Below, one piece after another: positions 12,249 to 23,140 of a stretch of DNA of 64,000 nucleotides (position 1 is its first letter; each line of letters starts with the position of its first letter). The stretch is taken from assembly GCA_965178125.1 (NCBI GenBank), contig OZ237761.1, positions 806,001-870,000 on the forward strand. The letters are read 5' to 3'. Origin of the DNA: Bilabrum cf. latius. Its lineage: Eukaryota. Made by a program: the position numbers and the translations under genes. The notes under the pieces were generated by a model, which was not told where the DNA came from, made no database searches, and was given only the letters and a program-made list of their open reading frames with translations.

Positions 12249-14004
12249 TCACAATTCATCGCTCTATGTTGCAGAGCCGTCCTCACTGGAGCCCCCACTG
12301 CTCGTTGCAGGGTCTGCCGAGTGGTCATCACCAGAAGCGCCTCTACCTGGCTTGGCGTCACCCTCGGTGGCCTCCTCTCCGGTGGATTCATCCACATGCG
12401 GCCCTTCATTTCGAGACCCACCGTGGCTTGAAGACTCACCGCTATCCACCGACTTGTTGCCATCACCATCCTCTGTCCCCGTGGATACGCTGGACTCATC
12501 GCCACTGTCGCCGTCAAAGTCCGACACAGAGTCCTTGCGCTTTTCCTCGGCCTAGTTGTCGGTATTTTCGTCCTATACCGTGCCATTTTCCTAGCTCGTA
12601 ACCTTGCTATTGCTCTTGCCTTTGCTCTTGCCTTTGCCTTTGCTGGGGCTCCCCACGGACGTGTTAGTGTCCGCATCCACAGCGGTTGACGGTCCCTCAA
12701 GCCCTGCGTGCTTGCGGACGAAGCGGACGAGAGTGCGCATGTACTGCTGCCCGCCCGCCTTCCAGCTGTCATTGTGCCCCCCTGACTCCACCGTCATCAT
12801 GCTCTTCTTGGCCTCCTTCGTGCCCAGCGCCTTGTACAGGCGGGCTCCCATGATGGGAGGAATGAGCTCATCTGCCAAGCCAGCCACCATGAGCATAGGC
12901 GCGTGGATGCGCGGGGCCATCTCGATGCTGGGGAACTTGAGCCGCAACACCGCGTGCCTCAACTGCCCCAGCACACGGATGATGGGGAACAGCTTAACTG
13001 CCATATCGTCGATGGAAGTGAACGTGTTCTCCACGATGCCCCCGGCCAGCTCGCCGTCCCTCTCCGCGAGCAGCTGCATCGCCACTGCACCGCCCAGCGA
13101 CCGACCAAACACGAATATCCTATCATGGTTGACGTCCTCCCTGGCTTGCAAGTGGTCTAAAGCTGCTCCCGCATCAAGGTAGAGCCCAGCCTCGGTGGGC
13201 TTGCCCTCGCTGTCCCCGTAACCCCTGTATTCGCACATGAGCACGTTGACCGACTTGTGGAAAGCGTTTCGCATGGCCTGCACATTGTCCAGGCGTAGGC
13301 CCATGTCTGCGGGTGAAAGGGGGGGGGGGGGGAGTTGAACTGTGGGCGCACGAGTGCGGGTCAAACTGGGTGGGTCGATGGGACTGGCGACACCAAGCAA
13401 GGACAAGAGGTCGCCCGCTGGCCTTGCTGAACTCACTGCCGGCGTTGCCGTGGTAGAACATGATCGTGGGGGCGAGCTCCGGGGCAATGTCCGACCACAC
13501 GAGCCAGGCATTCGTCTTGATTCCATCCTAGGCCGTAAGCGTGATATTTTCGTAGGGCATGCCTCGGTCCGCAGGCGAGCACATCTGGAGCTGCTTGGGC
13601 AGCGACGATGGCGATCGAAACTGTGGCCCCGGGCTCTCGGGGTGAAACAGGACATTTTCCTGGGTATAGATCATGTAACCTAACCACAGCATGGCCATGC
13701 ACGACATCCATAACAGCATACCCCCAAATTGAAGTGCAGTATCCCACCAGCTTCCACCCGAACTGCTCTCAGCTTCCTCAATCCCAGCTGCTTGAGCCAG
13801 CATGCGCTCTTCTGCCTGCTTCCGAACGGCTTCGCGAGCCATGGCCTGTTCCTCTACCGATAGACTCGAGGCAGAACCACTCATCCTCGTGCGACCTCGT
13901 ACGTCTACTGTTGCTTGTCTAAATCCAGCACTTGATTTTGCACAGCAACTAAGAACCAGTGCAGCCAGAAATACCAGCAGGAGCGATCTTTTAGGCATGT
14001 ACAA
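12249..14004 (-). CDS. ABHD13: Alpha/beta hydrolase ABHD13/BEM46 family with signal peptide, TM segment and C-terminal SDEL
   Basis: YTQENVLFHP, FYHGNAG-N-MG, YRGYGDSEG, FGRSLGGAVA, ENTFTSI, DELIP, GGHND. Intron 13307-13436; TAG at 13528, 12591, 12573, 12552 and 12264; ends QSDEL-TGA. Confidence 0.9.
13307..13436 (-). other. Spliceosomal intron in ABHD13
   Basis: GTGAGT...poly-C TTTCACCCGCAG; splicing restores HGNAGNMG. Confidence 0.88.
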
Positions 14005-14193
14005 TAGCTCGGCTCTGCGTCCACCAGCCCGGCGGATGTTTGAGCAGGTCGTTTGACTGACGATGTTTGTATGTGCTGCAACTCTCTCGAGGAACCGAAA
14101 CGAACGTTCCTAAAGTAGAGTTTAGCCGCAAACTTCGATGCCAAATTGCTCTCAAAATAAGGTATAAAAAGTCCTAATGCAGAATGAAATGGA

Positions 14194-15564
14194 ATGATGC
14201 GTAGACTTAAATTGCCTGGAAGGGTGATCTTCCAACAAAAGCAAATATTTGCGCAGGCAGGGAGGCACAGGTAGATCAGCACTCTTGTATGGCCGCTCTA
14301 CGGCACAACAAGCGTACCAGACCCGAGCATTGCCGGGATTAGTCGGTTGCGTAGCCTGTTCCAAAAAGGAATTGCACTCTCTGGAACGGAACAGACGTTT
14401 AACTTAGACGATAGTCTTGGCGGCGCGTCAGACCATGGCGAGATCATGTTCGCTGGCAAGTCTAACAGCGGTAAAAGTACTTTGCTGAATGCGCTCGGGG
14501 AATATGCATGGCGTGGAAGCACTGTTCAAATTTCTCGCGCAGTGCAGAATGACTACTCCCTCCACGGCGCGCCGCTGCTCGGTGACAAGGACGGCGTTGC
14601 GGGCGTGTCCCGCCAGCCCGGGCGCACCAAGCATCTAGCCTTTTACGGAGTGGGTGGCGGCACATATCCTCGATTCGTGGTTGTGGACTCTCCCGGGTAC
14701 GGCTTCGCCCGCGCCCCGAAAGCGTTCCGCCAGCACTGGCAGGACCTGCTTGCGTCCTACATGCAGACCCGCAGCCGGGCGGTGCTCCGACGGGTCGTCC
14801 TCCTCGTGGCGGCGGACTAGCCCCTGGGCGAGGATGATGAAGGGGTCATTGCCCTGTGCGAGGCCTACGGCGCCCCTTACATGGTGGTGCTCACCAAGGC
14901 AGACAAGGTCTCCCACGAGGCGCTGGGCCTGCGCATGCGAGCCGTGGAGCAGTGGCTGCAGCGCAGGACGGCGCTGGCCTACCCCGTGCTGCACGCGGTG
15001 AGCGCACGGACGGGTGCGGGTGTTGTTCCCTGGTTCATGAGTCTCGCCCACGCGGCGGGGGCGGAGGATCTCCCCGGAGTGCAGGGCAAGGCGGCGCAGA
15101 GGGCCCGGGAGGAGGTGGTGGGGAGACACCTCAGGGAACAGGCGGAGATGCGGCGGGTCATGGAGGGGAGAGAACAGATAGGCGGCTATGCGCAGGATGG
15201 TGGGGAGGAGGATGATGACGACGATGCTGATTGCGATGACTAGGGTGAGGTGGAGGAGGAGGTGGTTGTGGACTTGGGTCAGGTGGCGAGGGAGGTGCAG
15301 TTGGAGCAAGCCAGCCAGTCGGCTCGTGCCGCTCGTCTGGCGGCTCGGCTCCGTGACCCGATGCTGGCCGAAGTGGCTGCGGGGGACATCGAAGCGATGG
15401 TGGGGCTGGGAGGAGGGGGCAGAGGAGGAGGGGGCGGCCCGGGGAGTGAGCGCAAGACGGAGGAGGAGAGATAGAAGGGGCAGGGGCGGGCGCAGAGGGG
15501 TGCCAAGCCAAGGCACCAGTCTGGCAAAAACAAGCGGGGTGGTCAGCGGGGTGGCCGGAGATGA
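14194..15564 (+). CDS. engB: EngB/YihA/YsxC-family ribosome biogenesis GTPase, probably organelle-targeted
   Basis: G1 FAGKSNSGKSTLLNAL, G2 VSRQPGRT, G3 VDSPGYGFA, and G4 VLTKADK after TAG 14818. Arg-rich presequence-like N-terminus. TAG at 14272, 14818, 15241 and 15472; TGA 15562-15564. Confidence 0.87.
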
Positions 15565-15726
15565 TCAGCCTGCGACCGCAAACAGCTCCGGTGCGACCTC
15601 AGTTGCCGGGGTTTCCGTTTGCTGTTCCGGTTGCCGATACACGTCGCTTGGATAGCACAGCCGGCCCTTATTGTCTTTTCCCAAACGCCCTTACCATGTG
15701 TGCCGTATAATTACATCATTAAAGCG

Positions 15727-17829
15727 ATGGAATCTCCTGCCTAGAGTGCGGTTACAGCGGCAAAGGAGGGCAATTAGTCACCATCGCTGGCCAGCTTGTC
15801 CGGTTCAGAGCCAGCGATAGGCTCTGAGCCATCCATGGGGTCCACTGCAGACTGGAAAGTCGAGGTCGGTAGCCTAGTTGTGGACCCTCCCACGGTTCGG
15901 GCGATTCGTGCAGAGATTCGGTTTTTCGCAGCGTGCAGACGAGGTCAGACCTCTGGAATTGCACAGTCAATGCTGGAAGAGGGAGCAGGGGCGCCTAAAA
16001 TTGTCGGTTAGGCGCCATTGATTCATAGACGAAGATCAAGAGCTGATCTGATGCAGAGATGGCATGCACTCCTATACACAGAGGCTGTGCTTGAAGGGGC
16101 CATCGCCCCGGACGACGGCAGATCGCACGACAGCGCGGACGCAGGCATTGCGCGTAGAATGTCCTCAAGCAGCGATGCTCCCAGTGATAGTGATCTTCAT
16201 TATTCTGAGGCAGGCCCGATTCATGACGCGAGCCCGGCTGAGACAGGCCGCAGTCGGCTCGCAGCCGGACTTGCCGCCAGCTCGGTTGCCTCGCGCTCTA
16301 TGGCGGCCCCTTCGGCTGACGCCGGCAGGGGCGATCGCTCTGCCGACAACGACAAGGAACTAGGCCTTGCTGTCGGCCACGAGGCTTACGGCGCTCTTAA
16401 GTCCCCTGCCAGCGATGATGACTCCCATGGGGGGGAACCCGGCTTCGTGCCCCCGGATGCCCCCGCCTTGGCCCTCAGAGGCGGGGGGGTGCTCACGGCC
16501 GGGCTTCGATTCAAATCTAGCTGGGCCCGGGAACTGCCTCCAGATTACGGCTTCACTGGGTTGCACCTTGCCTGCCTGTACGGGCGTGTCTCTGCAGCGA
16601 GGCAGCTGGCCAGCCTTGGCGCAGACCCCGCCGCGCCGGACACCGAGGGTCGGGGGGCCGTGCACGCAGCTCTTGCGGCGCGGAAGCCCCGCGCGGCCCA
16701 AGCCCTGCTGCAGGTGTGCGCTCCCAAAGCCGCGATGCAGACTGCCAGTGGAGGCAAGGAGGCAGCGGGCGCGGGATTGCGACCACGATCGCGCACAACT
16801 CTGAGAGGAGCGGCAGGAGGGTCAGGTGCCCCGGAGAGAAGCACAACTGAGAGTGCGCGCGCTGAGACAGGTGCGTCTTCCTATGCCCGCTCCCGCCCGG
16901 GCTCCTCGTCGACGGCGGTGACCAGCCTTCGAGTGCAAGCCGGGGTGCGGAGGGTGGGGCGCAGCGTGCCCGTGTCTGATGCCTCCGTGGCTGCTGCGGC
17001 TGCCTCTCGCCTGCTGCTGCACCGCTGGAGGACCGCTGCTCCAGAGACCGACAGTGGAACCGATCGAGCGGGGTCCTTGGGCAGAGATGCAGCCGGTGGA
17101 GATCTAGATGCGCAGTCTGGATCGGGTGGAGGGGGTCCTTCGTGGGACAGGTACGACCTGCTGGTGCCAGGTATGACGGCTCTCCACGTGGCGGCAGCAG
17201 AGGGTAGTACCGCGGGCTTGAGGATGCTAGTGAGGGCAGGGGCGCCGGTGCATGCAGTCGATGCCCTGGGGCGCACTGCACTGCACTGTGCGGCGGCATC
17301 GGGGCGGCGGCGGCAGGCGCTGCTGCTGGTCGCTCTGTGTGGGGATGCAGGCTTGCTTGCGGCGAGGGACGCGAGTGGGAGGACAGCGATGCAGCTGGCG
17401 GCGGGGAGGGGCTACGTCGGGGTCTGTGATGCATTGGCGGCCATGGCTGGTGCTGCTGCGGGTGGGGTGCTCGTGCGGTCCATCGTGGGGAAGGAGAGCA
17501 CGGGCGGGATTGTTGCCTAGAAGGGGATAGACATGAAGGAGAGCACGGGCGGGATTGTTGCCTAGAAGGGGACAGACATGAAGGAGAGCACGGGCGGGAT
17601 TGTTGCCTAGAAGGGGACAGACAGGAAGGAGAGCACGGGCGGGATTGTTGCCTAGAAGGGGATAGACATGAAGGAGGTAGGGCCGGTGGCAGCGGGTACG
17701 GGATCTGGCGCGGAGGGGCATGCGGCGGGTGCGGGGGCAGCCAAGACCAGGCGCGGGCGGCGACGATCGTCTGTAGCAGGGGCAGCGATGCGGGAGGCTG
17801 CTGCAAAGGCCTCTGGTGCATTGGATTGA
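15727..17829 (+). CDS. Ankyrin-repeat protein
   Basis: GFTGLHLACLYG, GRGAVHAA, GMTALHVAAAEG, GRTALHCAAASG, GRTAMQLAAGRG. One frame from ATG 15727 to TGA 17827 with 7 TAGs. Confidence 0.8.
17491..17676 (+). repeat. 45-bp tandem repeat x4, coding KESTGGIVA[TAG]KG(I/T)D(M/R)
   Basis: Unit aaggagagcacgggcgggattgttgcctagaagggga(t/c)agaca(t/g)g occurs four times with small variations. Confidence 0.95.
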
Positions 17830-18359
17830 CTTGATCCTCGGTTTTGACTGAAGCGAATCCAGGGATGTCTGCACTTCAAGAGCTGGCCAAATTGTTCTGT
17901 TCCTCGCAATCGTCGTCCATGCAGTGGTGTGTCTGCGCCAGATCCACACGGAAGACCTCAGTACCCTTTGCCTTGTCCGTGTTGAACTCATCCTGGATTC
18001 GTCTAACCATTGAAGCCGACTTGCCTGCTCGTCTTGGTTGCGAATGGAGAGCGAAAGTAACCCCGGCGGCTAGATCCCCTCGGCGAGACTCAGTCGCAGT
18101 CGTGGGCCTGGATAGCTGCCAGTGGGCACTTTAGAGGCCACGCCGGTGCACTAGCCAAGCGGATCCACTCAGGAAATCCATGAGAGGGTCCGGTATAAGC
18201 GGAACCCAGGCGCACCGCAGCATCTACAGACAGTGCACCCGTAACTAGGGTGCACCAGCTGAGCCGCAGCATCAAATCAGTCGACTTGCCACCGTCGGAC
18301 CACACGAGGTCGTTTGTAGGTCCAAGCAGTGGGTTTGCCCTGCAATTTCACCGGGCGCT

Positions 18360-21300
18360 TCACTTCCCCCCATGGGCCCCCTTCCGACCGCCGTGTTTCC
18401 GGCCGCTGCCTCCCCCACCTCGATGATGCCTGCCGCTAACATGCTGCCGGCGGCGGCCGCCTGCGCCGCTGCCATGCCCGGGTCCGCGCTTTGTCTGAGA
18501 CACTTCCTCCTCTTCCTCTTCTTCTCCTGCCTCTTCGTCTTCCCCCGCCTCATGGTCACCTGCCCCTTCTTCTCTGTCATCGCCCTCAGACAGCAAGCCG
18601 GGCCCCAGAGCACCCTCCCCCTGTCTTTGCCCGGCATCGTACCCACCACCGAACCCAAACCCACCCCCACCACCCATTCCACCACCCATCACAGCTGCAG
18701 GATCAGCATACTAATATGCACCGCCCATCCCCATCCCCATGCCCATCCCCATGCCCATCCCCATGCCCATGCCCATACCCATGCCCATACCCATCTGGCC
18801 TTGACCCGCCGCGATGCCCGGAGTTGCGTAGTACCCGGCAGGATCTGGACCCATCTGGCCCATGCCCATCTGGCCCATCATTCCAGGAAAACCGCCGCCC
18901 CAGGGCGCGGCCTGCATCCCCCCATATCCCGTCATGTCCCCTGGGGCCCCGAAGGAAGGCAGCGAGCCCTCCCCCCGCTGCGCCTGCTCTGCCGCCCTGG
19001 CTGCATAGGGCCCCACGGACGCCTGCATGGCTGCGTACTGCATGGCAGCTGCGTGTGCGGCCACCTCCTCGGTCTTGCCCTCGTCTGCTCCCGCATCTGC
19101 ACCCGACTCGCCCCCTTCTTCACCTCCGTGCCCGTGCCCGTGCCCGTGGCCCTTCTCGGTCAGCGCCGCCTGCAGCGCAGGATGGCTGGCCTCGGGATGT
19201 GCCGCGCCGGCCCCAGGCATGGAACCCATAGGCTGGGGAACACCTCCTGCAGCGCCCATCATGGCGGGCGGCCCATGTCCCGGGGCCAGCGGCAGCACGC
19301 CGGCCTGCATCTGCTGCTGCACGGCCATTACAGCGGACTGCTGCAGGGACGTGTAGTACGGAGCGTACTATGGACTGACGTACCTCTTGGGCGCAGGCAG
19401 GCGTCCCTTGCTCGCCTTGAGCGACCCAACGGCTCCCTCGAAGATGGCCTCCTTCTCCTAAAAGTGGTGCAGCAGGTTGTGCCACAGCTGCTGCTTGGCC
19501 AGCACCTTCGTGTTGCCCACCACCACCAGCCCGAAACGGGCCCGGGTGAGAGCCACGTTCAGCCGCCGCGGGTCCGCCAGGAAACCGATGCCCTGTTTCT
19601 CGTTGGAGCGCACGCAGGACAAGATGATGTAGTCCTTCTCCCGCCCCTGGAAGCTGTCCACACTCGCGATCTCCAGGCCCTCGTACCTCTCCGCCGCCAG
19701 GCTGGCCTGCGTGTCGAAGTACACCTGCAGGTGCGTGCGCTGGCCCTCGTAGGGCGTGATCACGCCGATCTGGGTGGCCCGGAGGCCGGCGCGCAGCATG
19801 GCAGTCACCAGCCTCTCCACCGATGCGGCCTCTCCCCTGTTTAGGTACGATGTGCCCGACGAGGACATCTCCTCGAGGGCGTTGCACGTGAGGAACAGCA
19901 TGGGCTGGGAGGCATCGGGGAAGGGCAGCGAGAGCTCGTGCCTCTCTCGCTCCGCTACCAGCACGCCATCCTGCAGCGAGCCCTCGTAAAACGTGTTCGA
20001 AGGAAACTCCGAGAGGCAGGGGTGCATGCGGTACTGCACCTGCAGCCGCAAGGGACGCACGCCCAAAAAGATCGCGCGCTCGAACAGGGAATACTGCAGG
20101 CCGGCTTTGGCCGCGCGCTTCGAGACCACGACGGGCCCGAGCTGGCAGTGGTCCCCAACCATGACCAGCTGCTGCGCCCCCAGCACGCAGGGAATCAGCG
20201 CCTCGGGCTCGGGCGCCTGCGTGGCCTCGTCGATCAGCACGAACTGGAAGCGGCGATTCCAGAGCCGACCGTCAGCCGCCGTCGAGCAAGTGCAGCAAAC
20301 CACCTCGGCTCGGTCCAGGATGCGCTCCTCGGTGCGGCGCAAGAGCCTTCGGAACTTCTGCGAGTCTGCGGGAGACAGCTGCCCGCCTCGCTCCGCCTTA
20401 AGCTGGGCCAGCTTCTGCAGTGGGGTAAGCTTGGGATCCCCTTTGCCCCCCTTTGCTCCCTTGCTTCCTTTGCCACCCTTGGCACCCTTGCCGCCTCTGC
20501 CCCCCTTGTCCTTGGGCCCTCTCTTGCCCCCGCCCTTCTTGCCCCCACCCCGCCCCTCCGAATCGGGCCCGCCGGTGGCCGTGACGCCCTGCAGGGCAGC
20601 CGCAGTCTGAGTCAGCTTACCGCCGGCCGCGGTGCCCAGCAGGCCCCGCGTGGCCTGAAATCCGGCAAAGGCCCCAGCTGCCCCCGCCCCTGCCCCGCTA
20701 GCCGCCCCCATGGCCACCTCAGGGATGACGTCCCTCTCCAGCTCGTCGATGCCCTCCACCTGCAGCGCCATGCGGTGCAGAGAGAGGTGCTCCACGTCGC
20801 TCGCCACGTCCTCGCGGGAGCGGGCCGTGACCCGCACCACCCTCAGCCCCGTCTTCTCGATCTTGGCGGTCAGGTGGTCCACAGCCACGTTCGAGGGTGC
20901 TACCACCAGCACAGGCCCCATGCGGCGCTGCACCATGTGGTACACGATCGTGGCACTCGTCACAGTCTTTCCCGTGCCCGGCGGGCCCTAGATGAGGCTC
21001 AGCGGCTGCTGCAGCACCTGGGCCACTGCCTGCTCCTGGGAGGTGTTGAGCTCGGGCAGCCCGGGGGCAGAGAAGCTCGAGGGAAGCGGCATGGCCACCC
21101 GGAGCCTCTCCACCGCGTGCCCCAGCAGCACCTCGTACAGGTGCTCCGAGATCGAGTCCTCGTCCTGCGCGAACCTCCGGAGGGCCTTTCGCATGCGCTC
21201 GTAGGTCACCCCGCGCCACACCACCTCCACCTCGAAGCCGGTCGTCACCGCCTCGATGGGCGCCCCTTTCGGAGGGCGGGCATCGGCCCCGCTGGCACCC

Positions 21301-22976
21301 GCACCGCCCCCGAGCGCCTTGGTCCCAGCCAGCGCGGCCTTGCTGCCGGCCTTGCCCGCCCCAGCGCCCTTGCTGCCGCTGCTGCTGCTGCCACTGGCCA
21401 CGGCGGCCTCGAGAGCTGCCTGCAGCGCCTTGCGCATGTTCTCCTGCTGCTCCTCCGCGCCGCCCGCACCCACCTCCTCCGGAGCCAGCTCGTTCAGCCT
21501 GCTCTGCGACCTCAGCTCGACTGTCACCATGGCGTCCCGCACCGCGCACACGACCCCCTCCTCCTCCCAGTCCTCGCCCCCAGGCGCCCTCTCCCCCGAC
21601 AGATGCAGCCGCAGCTCGTCTCCCAGAGACACCTTGTCAGCCGCACTCACCATCTCGCCGCCCCCGAGCCGCAATCGAGCCAGCCGCTTGCCCCTGAGCG
21701 TGGAGGCCCACTCCACGGGGACCCCCGTCCTGCGCACGCTCTCCCTCAACCGGCGGTCCTCCTCCGCCTCGGCGTCCACGAGGGCCCCCAGCACGGCCTG
21801 CATGTGCGCGCCGTCCCTGTACCGCAGCTCCATCTGCGGCAAGGGGGCCTCCTCGCCCTCGCCCTCGCCCTCGTCCTCCCCCGCCTGGTCCACGGTGGCC
21901 TTGGGCTTGCGCTGCCAGAGCTCCTCAAGCGCCCTGACCTGGGACAGCGTGTAAGGCCACGCGCGAGCCTTCTCCTCGTCCGATGCGGGCCTGCAGAGCC
22001 ACTCCACGAGCTGCTTCTCCCGAATGATGGGCTGCCATTGGTCCAGGGACAGACCCTTGTGGTCCAGGTGGCCCTGCACCAAGCACCCCCTGCACGCAAG
22101 CACCACCACATCGCCCTCCTCCGTGGGAAGCGAGCCCAGAGAGAACACGTTGTCAGCCCCGCAGTTCATGCACACCACGGCCGACTCGCCCAGGGGACCA
22201 TCAGGGTGCAGCTGCACTGCGCGACCCCTCGAGTGCACCAGGTGCTGCACGATGCAGCTGCCGCTCCGGTGGTGCGGGGTGTTGCAGAACCACCGCTTGG
22301 ACGTGGTGCACTGCACGACAGCGTCAGGTGCGTGCACCCCGCAGTACTGGCAGTGGTGCGCCGGCAGCTCTTCCCTGGCGTAGGGCTCAAGCGCGGTGCC
22401 CTCCTCGTCGTCCTCGTCCTCCACGCCGTCTTCCTCGCCGTCCTGGCCCTCGGGCCCGTCATCCTCTTCCTCTGGCGATCCTTTGAAATCCCCCTCCATT
22501 CGGCCTGGATCTCCGGGATCGCCCTCTGCTGACGAGGAATCGCCGCCTCCAAGGGCTGCAGCCACTGCAGCCGAAGCCACCAGCTTTCCTGCATCGCCTT
22601 CCTCTGGATCATCGCGAGGCTCGTCGTGCTCACTGGCTTTAGGATTAGAATGCTGCCCATCCAGCCCAGGCTCTCTACCGAGCGCAGCTCCTGCTGCGCC
22701 CGAAAACATGGAATGCTCAGCCGTCTGCGCGGGCGCTGCGGTCTGCGAGCTCTGACCAGCTGATGACACGCCCAGGAACCCGGCGCCCATCAAATCAAGG
22801 CTTCCAATACCACCGTGCTGGTGCTCGAACCCGGTCGAGCTTCCCTCGTCGGGGGTAGAGCCAAGTTCCTGGCCAGGTGCCCCGTAATGGCCTTCCTGCA
22901 CTGCGATGGAACCTTCAAGCCTCTCAGGCCCACCAAGCCTGTCACCAGCAGTATAGCTACCTTGACCAGAGGACAT
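18360..22976 (-). CDS. UPF1: Regulator of nonsense transcripts 1 (UPF1) SF1 RNA helicase
   Basis: CH zinc domain (HCQYCGVH...KRWFCN...[11 protein letters not shown]), LNTSQ, LSLI[TAG][62 protein letters not shown] at 20988, 19458, 19368 and 18711; TGA at 18360; no introns needed. Confidence 0.97.
18723..18794 (-). repeat. Coding hexanucleotide repeat (Met-Gly)x12 in the UPF1 C-terminal tail
   Basis: ATG GGN repeated every 6 nt from 18794 to 18723. Confidence 0.9.
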
Positions 22977-23140
22977 CTTAAAAATGCCGCTGGATACAGC
23001 CAGCTCGGTTGCGCAATGCCAAGCAAGTATTTGCTGCGTTCATTAACCAGATTTTCGTTTTTTGTAGGGTTACGTTTAACATAATACCCGGAATCGTTTA
23101 AATCGATAGACACGGAGTTTTCCGGCGCATTCAAAAATCT

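Noticed and set aside
17830-18359. Small gene or RNA gene in the gap between the ankyrin gene and UPF1 (also 11918-12248 and 51536-52001)
   Set aside because: Only short ORFs without recognisable motifs; no tRNA cloverleaf (including tRNA-Gln CUA) or other RNA gene could be recognised by eye.
20988-20990. A-to-I editing (UAG to Trp), pyrrolysine, or UAG=Leu/Tyr/Glu
   Set aside because: The conserved positions require Gln, and other sites are polar loop positions. U-to-C editing cannot be excluded without RNA data but is much less parsimonious.
19938-22532. Long antisense or alternate-frame ORFs (864 aa here; also 40922-42784, 45050-47053, 53079-54668, 48475-50106)
   Set aside because: Shadow ORFs opposite well-supported genes, expected in high-GC coding DNA; no recognisable motifs.
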